In this document: positions 53,401 to 64,000 of the stretch, in pieces
How positions within the stretch are numbered: the first letter of the stretch is position 1
How the letters are laid out: the number at the start of each line of letters is the position of its first letter
Assembly (NCBI RefSeq): GCF_964194025.1
Contig: NC_134471.1
Location: 31,558,001 to 31,622,000, forward strand
Length of the DNA stretch: 64,000 nt
Direction of reading: 5' to 3'
Source of the DNA: Convolutriloba macropyga
Taxonomy: Eukaryota
Program-made: the position numbers and the translations under genes
The notes under the pieces: model-generated
What the model saw: the letters and a program-made list of their open reading frames with translations, nothing else
Told to the model about the DNA's origin: nothing
Databases searched by the model: none

Positions 53401-56400
53401 CTAAGCGAGAGAAGTGTTTTGATCATGCGCTGCGTTTAGTGAATGACTTTTTGACTTTGAAAAGTAGTTTTTGACTGAAATGCAAATATAGATAACCGTT
53501 TTTAGCCGTTTTTTCGTCTAAGTGGCCCAAATTTTTTGCTTTTAAATTGGTTCCTTGTAGAAATAAATTCTATTCGATACTATATTGAAATTTCAACCTC
53601 GGAAATTGATACCAGTGTTTTGCAGAGCCTGAAAATGCGTTTCAAGTTGAAAATTGGCACATAATTCTTGGTTTTTTTTTGTTAATTTTTGGCTTTTTTC
53701 TTTTAATTTCTTCTTTTTTGGATCTTTTAACCGTTTTTTTATGTCAAAAATCAGTTAATATAGCAATTTCTCTCACTGAAAATTCCTATACTCAACGCCT
53801 CTTTCTACCTCGATGTAATTTTGTTCAATGAAATTGTACTTATGCTAATCCGATTTTGGTAGTTTTTTCCGATTTTCATCAGTTTTTTGTTTGTATTTTG
53901 GTTGTAATTGCTAGAAATAGATTTTTTGTGCAACATGAGGGACTTTAATTTCGTTTCAATAAAAATTCAATGATTTTTTGGCGTTAAGTTTTGAGAAAAC
54001 AATTAAATCTTTTTCATAAATGCAGTCTTAACTTAAAAGTTCTTTGACCATTTTTTTTGCAAATGTTTCAATGTTTCTTATTTATGAATTCTGCTTTTTC
54101 CTATTTTTTGGTGTCTCAGGAGGATAGATTTTTGTATCGGATGAGTAGTTATCTTTTCTCTGTCTTGAATGCTGAACAATGAAATGTATTCGTTTTTCTT
54201 GAATTTTTTAAATTGATTTTAAACTTTCAAAAATCAAGAAACTCCTTTTGTTACGGTGTTCCTTACATTGTGCCAATATTCTTCACATTCTAGTTATTGT
54301 CATTCTAGCTTTGTCTTGGCACCTAATTTTATTTTCGGTATATTGATTTTTTTTAGTTGTAAAAAATGAACGATTTCAGCTTTTTCTTAGATTTTTGTCA
54401 TTTCTTTGGTGTACAATTGATTTCATTCAACAAATGGCAGTACTGAGAAATTGATAGCAAGCCTCTTCCAAAATTTCTACTTATGACTATCTATTGCAGC
54501 TTTCTTCCGGCCTTGGTGTTAATTTAAACGATTTTTTGCCTTTGAATATTCTTCTGCTGCTTATGTCTTTTCTATGATCAATTTTATTTCTGATTTAGTA
54601 GGAAATCATGTTGTCTAGCTTATGTACAAAGAGGAACAGTTTGTGTGTGTTGTTTTTTGTCTTAATCGCAGTGATTAGAAGTGTAATCATAGGTGTTTTC
54701 TGATTCTTAAATTTGAGCTTTCTTTTTTAAAAAGATTTAACTTAGTTTCTAAGATTATTATCTGCCGTTTGCTTTCGCGATCTTTTTCAGATTAGAATCA
54801 TGAATTATTTGAGGGCTATTGATAACCTTGCAAGCTTTTTCAGACTATCAGGTTTTTTTGACCACCTTAATTATTTTGGATTTCTAACGTTACCAAACGT
54901 TTTCAATAATATAAAATTTTGCTGCATTTTGTTTCTCTTGTTGACAGTGGTTTAAGTTTCACCAATTTTTTTAGCAGACCTGGAGAGGTAGTGAGTTAAT
55001 GGTTTAATACAAAATGTAGTGGCTTCCGCTGCAATTACGGTTTTGTTAGCAAAGTTTTAACGCTTCGAGTCGCTTCCGGAATTCTTCCGGCTATGTTTTT
55101 CACTTCGTCAAACTTTTTTTCGCTTTACCATTTTGCCGCTTTTTCGACATTTTGCGTGAAATCTTTTTGACTTCTGTAGGCTAGTTTCTCTCTTCTCTCA
55201 TTCTGCTAAAAGTGAATTTGAACATCAGTTGCTAAGCAAAGCAATTCAAAATGAACAGAGTCGGTATAAAAAATTGAAGTCAGAAATAGAAACGGGATAA
55301 ACCCATAAAGCCCAATTTTAGATGCCCGCTATTTGAATGTCGTTCCTATAAGTCTTAGTTTCCACCTCTAATGCTTATTGGTGTTGATAGTAGCCCCTGT
55401 AGCCTCTCTCTAAGAAACAGAAGTACGTTATGTTCAACTACGAAATGCCATCAAAATAGATCGGACTTTAAAAATATTTTTGTACAAAAATTTTTGTTTT
55501 TCAATATATTCTATTTGTTCAATCCCAATCATGCTTATTGGAATCAACGGCGGCTATTTTCCGGCAATCTGCCGGGTATGTTTTTAATTGCTCTCAAATT
55601 TGTAGCAATTATATTAGTCAAGTTTGTCTTGTGCGATTTTTCGCTGAACCGATTTGTCGTCTGACCCATTTGACTTTTTGTCCTCAAAAACGGGATAAAC
55701 AGGTAGCGCCCATTGGGCATTAAGTTCTCTATATTTCATTCTCATTAAGTTCTTTCAGCTCGCTATTCTCTAAGTATGCGAAACTGTATTGGAGACTTAT
55801 ACTTACGGTGTGAAGGGCGGTTATTCGAAGTTGACCCCTCATCACCCCCCGCCCTTACTTCACCCCCAATCCCCAGCCTTGCACATTGTCCAGGCCGTAA
55901 GAGCCCCGTGTAGCCAAGGACATCCCTCGCAACGTTGCCCCTTCAAGTAGGCTAAAGCTAGGCTCACTAAACCGTGGCTAGCTACTGACAAAGCCAACCC
56001 CTCGCCGGTCGTTGTTTATTTTTTATTGCTCTCAAACTAATTGCTTTTTAGATTAGTGCTGTTGGTCACTAAACCACGTAGCTCGCACGCATGCTCGATC
56101 CTCTTGAGATCCCTACTGCGCTCACCCCATTCCATTACCCCCTCCCCCCAATATACCCCTTTTCCCCCTATCAGTTAAGCTTAGGCAAACCGCGCTTAAC
56201 CCGGCTAGCTAATGACAAATCCAACTTGGTAGTCTCGCGGTGTTAGTCATTTGAGAGCAATTCGTCCAAAGTTAGTTGGTTATTCGAATTGGGCTAGAAG
56301 CTTCCAAAATTAGAAATTTGATTTGCATTTTATCCGCTCTTATAAACTTTTAAGTTAAGCTCCTAGTTGATAACCTTTTTATTTGTCTAGTTGAGCACCT

Positions 56401-59400
56401 AGTTATAGACGGTTTGTATCTCTTCTTGTTCTGTTCTCTTTATTATAGTTTCTTTAGTTCTGCTGATTTACCTGTAAATAATGAATGACAGACAGACTAG
56501 TTTTCTGGAGCGCCTAGTACTCTAGCTGCTGCATCCAAACTGAAAAAGTGTCAGATATTAGGACGGTACAAAATTGCACGAAAAGGTAGGAACATCATAG
56601 CTGAAGTTTACCTTGGACAGTATTGATAACATTTTTAAGATTACTTCATCTGAAGCATCATGTGTCTTTTTAAAATTAACTAATTATGCTCGTCTGTTCA
56701 GAGTGGAGGCAAAAGGCTTACTCCAATCAGAAGGACAAATTTTCTGACCCCGACCAAAGCCACTCCCAAAGATTTTTTGGTGACTCCGGACTTCACCAGA
56801 CCACACAAACCCAAGCAGCGAGCAAATGGAACTACCAATTATGGTATGATTGGACTGGATCGCTCGAAAGAGTAGTTGTGTTCCAAGACTTCAATTATAC
56901 TTTAAATATCTATGTGCTTGTCATCATTTTAGGTTATTCTTTGGTGTTCGTTTTAAAATTTTCTGTGTGATTCGGTTTTCTCATAATTGAGCTCCCTCAC
57001 TTGCAAAAAATGGCCTCAATTTAATTATAATGTCAAATTGAGACTACCAACGCTAATTAAAGGTCATAGATTAGAGTTAACCTTAGTCTTTCGAATGTTG
57101 ACGTCAGATAAAGGATGCAAGAAAATTCGGAAGTTCAGTTCGTTGAGTTTTATATTGTTTATGCGTGATGTGAATATCAGTGATCTTTATTTTTAAGCCG
57201 TACAAGGTGGTGTTATTCGCCAGTTCTTTTTGTTAACATGTTGATCTTTATTAAAAAGTTTTGTTTGCAATTAGTTCGTTGTTTGTTAATAGCAGCCCTC
57301 ATCTTCTCAGTCGGCTGTTATTGTAGTTCTACTTTTGCGAGTCGAAGGAGAGTAAAGGTGACAAGTATTTTTTTTTAAATGGCGACTAGTTCAGAAAGAG
57401 AGCAGCGGGTGTTTGGTGTGAAAAAAAGTATTTTGCTAACCCAGCAAACCTTTTCAGCCAAAGTGGCTTCTCTCATAATTATTTTGAATTAATTGTACGT
57501 TTTGGGAGCGTATTTAATCATACCACATTTGTTCGATTTAAATGAAATTTTTTAGCTATTTTATTTTTCGTTTTTAATTGCTCTCAAACGAAGTTTGTAC
57601 CAATTATATTGGTCCTGTCGGTCTTTTTTATGCGATTTCGCTTGACCGATTTTTCGTCTGACGCTTTTGACTTTTCGTCCTCAAAAACGGAATAAACAGG
57701 TAGCGCCCAGCGGGCATTAAGTGCTCTTAGAGCCTTTCAGCTCTATTTCAGCTCAAACTGTTTTGGAGACTTATACTTATGGTGTGAAGGGCGGTTCTTA
57801 GAGGTTGAAGACACTCCACCCCCACTAGGGTTTATAATAGGTTACTGCATAGTTTCTAATGGTAGTGCAATTGTTTCAACTTTTTAACACGCATTTTAGC
57901 ATTTTTTGACAAAACGTCCAAATTTTTTCAATTTCATTCACTGCATTGCTTTTAGTGGTAATAGAATGGTTTTCAGTGTTTTAACATCACGAATTTTGCA
58001 ATTTTTTATAAAACTTGCATTTTTCAAATTTAAAAAATTTGTTGTCATTATCTAAGTTTTACGAGACCCAGGAGACAGGAAGTCTCCTATAGCGTTTGAT
58101 AATAGTGTACTAAAAATTTTTAGTGGCCAAGGAATGGTTTTCATCATTTTATTATTACAAATTTTAGCAAAATTTTTTTGAAATATTTTGTCATTTTTTA
58201 GGTTTCTCAAACCTCAAGGGCAGACGAACCTCCTGCAGGGTTTGACAATAGGTTACTGCATAGCTTCTAGAGGTAATAGAAGGGTTTTTAACTTTTTAGC
58301 ATCACAAATTTTAGCAATTTGTGTATGAAACTTGCATTTTTTTAAATTTTTAAAAAATATTTTGTCATTTTTAGGTTTCTCCAACCTCAAGGGCCACCCA
58401 ACCTCCACCGGGGTTTGATAATAGATTACTGCATAGTTTCTAGTGGTAATGGAATGGTTTTTCAACTTGACATCACGAATTTTAGCAATTTATCTGACAA
58501 AACCTGCAATTTTTTCAAGTTTTTTGAAAATTGTCATTTTCTAGGTTTCTCCAACCTGAAGGGCCGGCCAGCGAATCACCTCGAGCGTTTGATTATTAAT
58601 GTAAATCTTTTGGATGTAATTGAATGGTCTTCAAGATTTTATTATCAATATTTTTTAAAAAATATTTGCATTTTTTTCAAGTTTTTTCGATCTTTTTGAA
58701 TTTTTTATCTTTTTTCCGGCACCAGGGTCCAAGTTCTCCTCCAAGGTTTGATGATAGGCTGTTGCATAGTTTCTAGAGTTAATGGAATGGTTATCAATAT
58801 TTTAACAATTTATGCTTTAACAATTTATGAGCCAGTCAAACTATTTAAAGCTTGAACTAGGGATACTGGATTGTCTCTTGAGACAATGAAATCATTTTGA
58901 AGATTTTAATATATTGAATTTCAGCAAGATTTTGTGTAAAATTTGCAATTGTTTTCAAAATTTTTGATTATTTTTGTCCTTCTACGATCATTACTGGCCA
59001 ACGAAGCTTTTCAAGTCAAGCAGATGAGTTACTTGACATAAGTCCAGAGACAAAAAATAGTTTTTAACATTTTCACTGCAAAATCTGGAAGCTTTTTAAA
59101 ATTTTGCAATATTTCGCAGTTTTTTTAAAAATCAGTTTTTTATTTGATTTATTTACTAAAAAGGCTAGAAAACTAAAATTTGCAGAGTCGAATCATGCTA
59201 AAGCTAGCCTCACTAAACTGTGGCTAGCTACTGACAAAGCCAACCGCTCGCCGGTCGTTTGAGAGCAATTTGCCCGACGTTAGTCGGTTATGTTAGAATC
59301 TTTTTATAGCGATTTATTTATCCTTCTCTAAGGTTTTCAAATTTTGTTATCTAATTTTTGGCGTTTTCTGTTTATCCTTCTTTTGAGCTTTGGGAAAACT

Positions 59401-62400
59401 TCTCTTTTCAGATTAGTAGATTTGTTTTGATACTCAAAGGAGACAACTGAACGTTTTTGAAGAGACTGTTACTGAAGTAAATAAAGTATTTTGTATTTTC
59501 TAACGGTTTTTCGTTTCTGCCCTTGTTTTAATTTCTGTTCACTGTGTTCTCTGTCGTGTGGATGGTGACCATGCAGCATCTTAAGAGCTTAGAGCATGAA
59601 AGTTCTCTCAAGAAGGTTGTTGGGAAATCGAAGCATTTGAACTTGTAGAAATTATTGAAAAACTTGCTAAAATATTTCGAGTTTCTTTTCACTTGGTTTT
59701 TTTTCGTTATATTTGGTTTTCGCTGCCATTTGGTTTGCCATTTAATGAACTAACTGTGTAGCAGGGCAGTCTGCGGAGAGTATTTGTTTTGGAGTCATAT
59801 ACCTTGGAGGCGAATATTTGAACCTGTAAAGAATTTTCCAGAAAATTTGTTTCCGACTCTGCTTTTTATCAATTGATCTCTAACGACGTTTGAAACAATG
59901 ATTGTGAATGAAGTTTGAAGCCGTTATTTTAATTGTGTTGCTGTAATGAATTTTTTTGCTGGACTGTTTTGACTTACCGAGTGACTTTTACGACCTTGAA
60001 TTTTTCTATCTGAATTTCTTCATTCACAAATGTCACCAGCTGAACTCCAGTAGCAGCAGTTGACGACTAAAAGTCGAATAAGAATGCGCCAAAATTGGTG
60101 TATTTTTTTGCTTCGCATTATTCTATTGGTTATAATGGTATATAATAACCTCTAATTGCGCCATTTGGAACCCCCTTTGTGAATTTAGTTGCTCCCCGTT
60201 CCGACTGAAGTAGGCTGCAATAGATTTGAGCTCCAACTATTCGTTCGAGAGCAGTTCTTCCGACGTTAGTCGGTTGTTTTTTCCTCGAATTTCTTATTTG
60301 TCTACCGTTCTTTGTTCCTTATCTATAAGTATATTGGAGATACTTTTGAGGCTAGCGAGTAAGTAGCTATGGTCTACGTCAAGTTTTACTTTGAGTTGAA
60401 TTCGGGTCGATTCCAGAGTCTTTCGGCAATGTTTTTACAGTACAAAAAATTGATTGTGTTAGTGCTGTCTTTTGTAACGTGTTCATACATTTTTTGATGA
60501 CTAAGCTTTCAGAACGGGATAAAAAGGTACCGCACAGTAGTCACAGTAGTCATTAAGTGGTATTATAGTCATCACACTTGCTGTATTAGTTTTCAGCACT
60601 ACTGAATTTTCTGAAAGTGTTGGGAAGGCCTACATCAAGCTGAAAATGTTGCTTTTTGAAGTTTTTGGGACCAGCATAAAACAATTCTGTTTGTGTCCAG
60701 TTTTTAAAAGTTTTTTTTTATTTATCGGTTTGTGATGAAGTTTTGTCATAGGTGTTAGTCGTATGCTATAGGAACTGTATCAAAAAATGTCATTGTGATT
60801 CATATATTTTCTTGATTCCATATTTTACACGAAATTTTATCATTATTCAGATTTTTATGGGATATTAAAACTTATAACTTGCAGACCAGATAGTGGGTAG
60901 ATTTTTGTAGCTCCAAAAATATTGCTTTGTTTGCCGAATTTAGCTTTTTAAGTTTGTTTGTTTTTTGCTTCGTTTTGTCTTTTCTCTATGTCCAGCCATG
61001 TTTCTGGTTGCCTTAGAGGTTGTTGTTTTGCCGATTTTGGTGACAACCAGTTGGTTTGCCGAGGAATATAAACATTAAAGAGTTTTGCAACTTTATTTTC
61101 AGAAATTTTGCATTTCAATTATTTTGTCGAGTTTGAGGGGCCAGAATGTTTTGTTGATCTTGCGTCTTTGTTGCGTATTTTCACCGGCAAAATATTGTTT
61201 CGAAGACTAGCTTTAAGATCCATGATCAAGTTTTTGCGAAAGGCTCTAATTTTCTTAGATTTTTTTTACAGCTTTTGTTTTTTTGCCAGTGCTCCTTATC
61301 TTTTCGTTCTCTTATATGTTAAGTAAGGTGTCTGTCAAGTAGCTATTTATTCTTGAGTTTTTTCCGTTTTTGATTAGGAATTTTGATTTTAACACCAAAA
61401 ATATCAACAAGTTTATTTTTCACAAAATATATGGCATTTTGAAGTTTTTTCATTCAATACTTTGCATTGTATTTCAAAAATTTCACCTGCTGTGTTTTTT
61501 TGTCAAATGAAAATTTTGCTTCATCCAAATTTGCCGTTTTTTGACATTTTGCGTGAAATCCTTCTGACTTCTCTGAGTTTTTTCTTCGCTCATTTTGCTC
61601 AAAGTCAATATTGTAAACGAAATCAAAAATGGAAACCGTGTAAACGAAGTCAATATCGTAACCAAATTAGAAATTGAAACGGGAAAAACCCGATATGGTC
61701 GTTTTAGGTGCCGGGTATTTGTACTTTGTTCTAATCGATTGGTCTTAATTGCCAGCTCTTAAGCTTATTGCTAGTGGTACTAATCCTTGTACCGTCCTAT
61801 TGAGAAGCAGTAGTATGCCTAATTACAAAATCCAATCGAAATACCGAGCGCTTTTGTCATTTTTTTGTGTAACAATCAATTTTCCTGTTCTTGTTTCAAT
61901 CCCAATCGTGGTCATGGGAATCAATTCAACTGTTGATATTGAATGTCTGTTGCCATTGGTTTTAGTAATTTGCTTTTGTGACTTACCTGGCTTTTCGTTA
62001 TTTTAATTTTGAGAAAATTAACGATAAGTTTTGAGTTTTTTAGTGTGAACTCAGCTTATAAACCATTGCGAAATAGGAGTGAACGCAGAACTGCTAGAAT
62101 TATTTTATTTTGTTGCATCGGGCATGATTTCAGCAACTCCTGGCGGAAGCAGTCGGAAACCAACACTGTCGTTGGAAGAGCTTCTGAAAACACCTCCGAC
62201 AACAGGACCGTTCGGACGAATTCATTTCCCTACGCCTGGCTCTACATTTTGTCTACTTGAAGATGAAACAAGCTTACCTCATGTTGATTTATCCACCGAT
62301 GACGAGGCCGATACTATTGATAAAACAGAATCAAATTACAAATCAAATTTTCCCTCGAATTTCTCACCTACTGTTCACTTTTTGTCGAGGTTGACGCCCG

Positions 62401-62441
62401 ATGGGAAGAGTTTTGGGTGCAATAATTCATCAACCCATTAA
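34454..62441 (+). CDS. Uncharacterised ~701-aa protein with FAR1/WRKY-GCM1 (MULE-type) zinc finger; predicted exons 34454-34902, 35159-35277, 39779-40041, 40293-40475, 40743-41082, 41551-41852, 56702-56843, 62134-62441
   Basis: All junctions are GT-AG with compatible phases (2,1,0,0,1,0,1), giving a 2106-nt open frame. C-x21-C-x21-H-N-H spans exons 1-2, followed by KQKQFMVDLFKAGLTPVQILDYL and LTYHQVYH. The exon 3 acceptor and the link across the 14.8-kb intron are the least certain parts. Confidence 0.72.
38593..39685 (+). mobile_element. Nested Helentron-like stack A[D]: D 38643-39179
   Basis: Same architecture and A body (AATTCGTCGTCTCCATCG) as 29351-30839 but without the C insert; intact D and A 3' hairpins. 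Confidence 0.85.
42062..45852 (+). mobile_element. Complex nested Helentron-like cluster: A, several D copies (one complete at 44543-44941) and B 42318-44055
   Basis: A 5' at 42062; D 5' at 42118 and 44543; B ends at 42318/44055; D 3' at ~44536, 44941 and 45358; A 3' at 45852. 44585-45075 is nearly identical to 18470-18965. Confidence 0.8.
46660..50423 (+). mobile_element. Near full-length decayed CR1/L2-clade LINE with (TAC)n tail, inside the largest intron of the zinc-finger gene
   Basis: ORF1 from ATG 46813 (CTATNC..CGFC). APE endonuclease motifs (LNVQS, CLTETWL, LDLIF, SDHYP). RT motifs (NYRPISLL, QHGF, DFSKAFD, GVPRGSVLGP, YADETK). End CTWYFRCRCNFC*, then (TAC)n 50366-50423. Many frameshifts; the 5' boundary is approximate. 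Confidence 0.92.
53225..55580 (+). mobile_element. Nested Helentron-like stack A[B]: B 53279-55095 (homologous to 42318-44055)
   Basis: The A 5' end matches 17290 and B sits in the T-run behind it. After CTTCGAGTCGCTTCCGGAATTCTTCCGGCTATG the A body (ACTTCGTC.AACTTTTTTTCGC) resumes. Confidence 0.87.
57575..59292 (+). mobile_element. Family C Helentron-like element with an expanded central tandem array
   Basis: 5' TAATTGCTCTCAAACG; 3' TTTGAGAGCAATT+CCGACGTTAGTCGG+TTATG; the flanks of the array match 55585-56015. Confidence 0.8.
57828..59150. repeat. Degenerate tandem repeat, ~145-175-bp units, about 7-8 copies
   Basis: GGGTTTGATAATAG.TTACTGCATAGTTTCTAG-like motif at 57828, 58092, 58238, 58411, 58586 and 58744, with weaker copies beyond. 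Confidence 0.8.
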
Positions 62442-62587
62442 TGGTAGTTGTTGAATTTGCTTATTGATTCACTTGGATTTGAAGTTTCTTTTTTGTTAGA
62501 TTGAAATTTTGTTAATGGATTTCTTGTTCAAAAATATTCAATTAAAATTGATTTAGAAGAAAATTATACCAACTGTGTCTTTTCAAC

Positions 62588-62886
62588 GGTGTCCCGCCTT
62601 ATCACCGCGTTTAATTTCAGGCCCTATCATTGCACCCAGATTAATTCACACCTATATCATTTCACCCCGATTTTAATTCCTTAATAAATTGGTTAACTTA
62701 ACATACAAAATATGAGATGCGTAGTGTTTGGGTGAAGAGTTTAGGGATTAACACTCAAAGTTAGATTCGTCAGGCTTGGGAAAGGGCTTCTGGGGTAAAG
62801 TTTGCGGGTGAAATTATATAAAGGTTTAAGATTATGATGCTAAATTTTTTTGGGATTAATGAATCAGGGTGATAAGAAGTAGAACC
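62588..62886. mobile_element. 299-bp MITE with degenerate TIRs and perfect 9-bp TSD (Mutator-like)
   Basis: CTTTTCAAC at 62579-62587 and 62887-62895; ends GGTGTCCCGCCTTATCACC / GGTGATAAGAAGTAGAACC. Confidence 0.78.
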
Positions 62887-63024
62887 CTTTTCAACAACGC
62901 CACTAGTATTCTTAGTTGGCTTTTATTGTATGCGCATAGCTGAATTTTGATGAATTTGAAGTTAATTACGCTTTGATATAATACAATTTGATTCGAGATA
63001 GAGAATTTTATCTTCAGATTAAAA

Positions 63025-63877
<853 letters not shown>

Positions 63878-64000
63878 TAAATTTTAAATCGATGTTTAAA
63901 ATCCATAGCTTCCAACTTTGTAATTGTTGAGGCATCGCTGATCCATTAATCGTAATTGCTTTCGAACTGAGTTTGGCAGTTATTTGAGTGCTTTTTAATT

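Noticed and set aside
56686-56970. ORF-track frame MLVCSEWRQK..., with a possible extra exon at 56501-56585
   Set aside because: That route ends in phase 2, incompatible with the phase-1 acceptor at 62133, and the 56500 acceptor is weak. The SGGKRLTP frame fits both neighbouring exons.
17290-59292. Recurrent palindromic 30-40-bp motifs resembling CRISPR repeats or attC sites
   Set aside because: Spacing is irregular (hundreds to thousands of bp), the motifs pair as 5'/3' ends, there are no cas or integrase genes, and the context is eukaryotic introns.

Overview
AT-rich eukaryotic DNA with GT-AG introns, most likely from an invertebrate animal; not prokaryotic. Bases 1-13.9 kb are decayed CR1/L2-type LINEs reshaped by two adjacent tandem triplications (units of ~2.94 kb and ~1.21 kb). 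From 14.5 kb to the end there are four co-oriented + strand genes: syntaxin-16, mitochondrial malate dehydrogenase, an 8-exon ~701-aa gene not evident from the ORF track, and PDE6D (truncated by the window end). The 8-exon gene encodes a FAR1/WRKY-GCM1 (Mutator-type) C-x21-C-x21-H-x-H zinc finger, no recognisable DDE domain, and an S/T-P-rich tail. Each gene has a splice acceptor 7-37 nt before its ATG, and the last three are only ~0.4-0.6 kb apart, which suggests an operon or trans-splicing. The introns are packed with at least four families (A-D) of non-autonomous Helentron/DINE-1-like elements (subterminal IRs, 3' hairpin, CTATG-T end). Every copy I could orient is on the + strand, and they nest last-in-first-out, mostly in a T-run just inside each other's 5' hairpin. 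One subfamily carries a tRNA-like Pol III cassette. Also present are three small MITEs with 8-9-bp TSDs and a decayed near full-length + strand CR1 LINE. All coordinates and alignments were read by eye.
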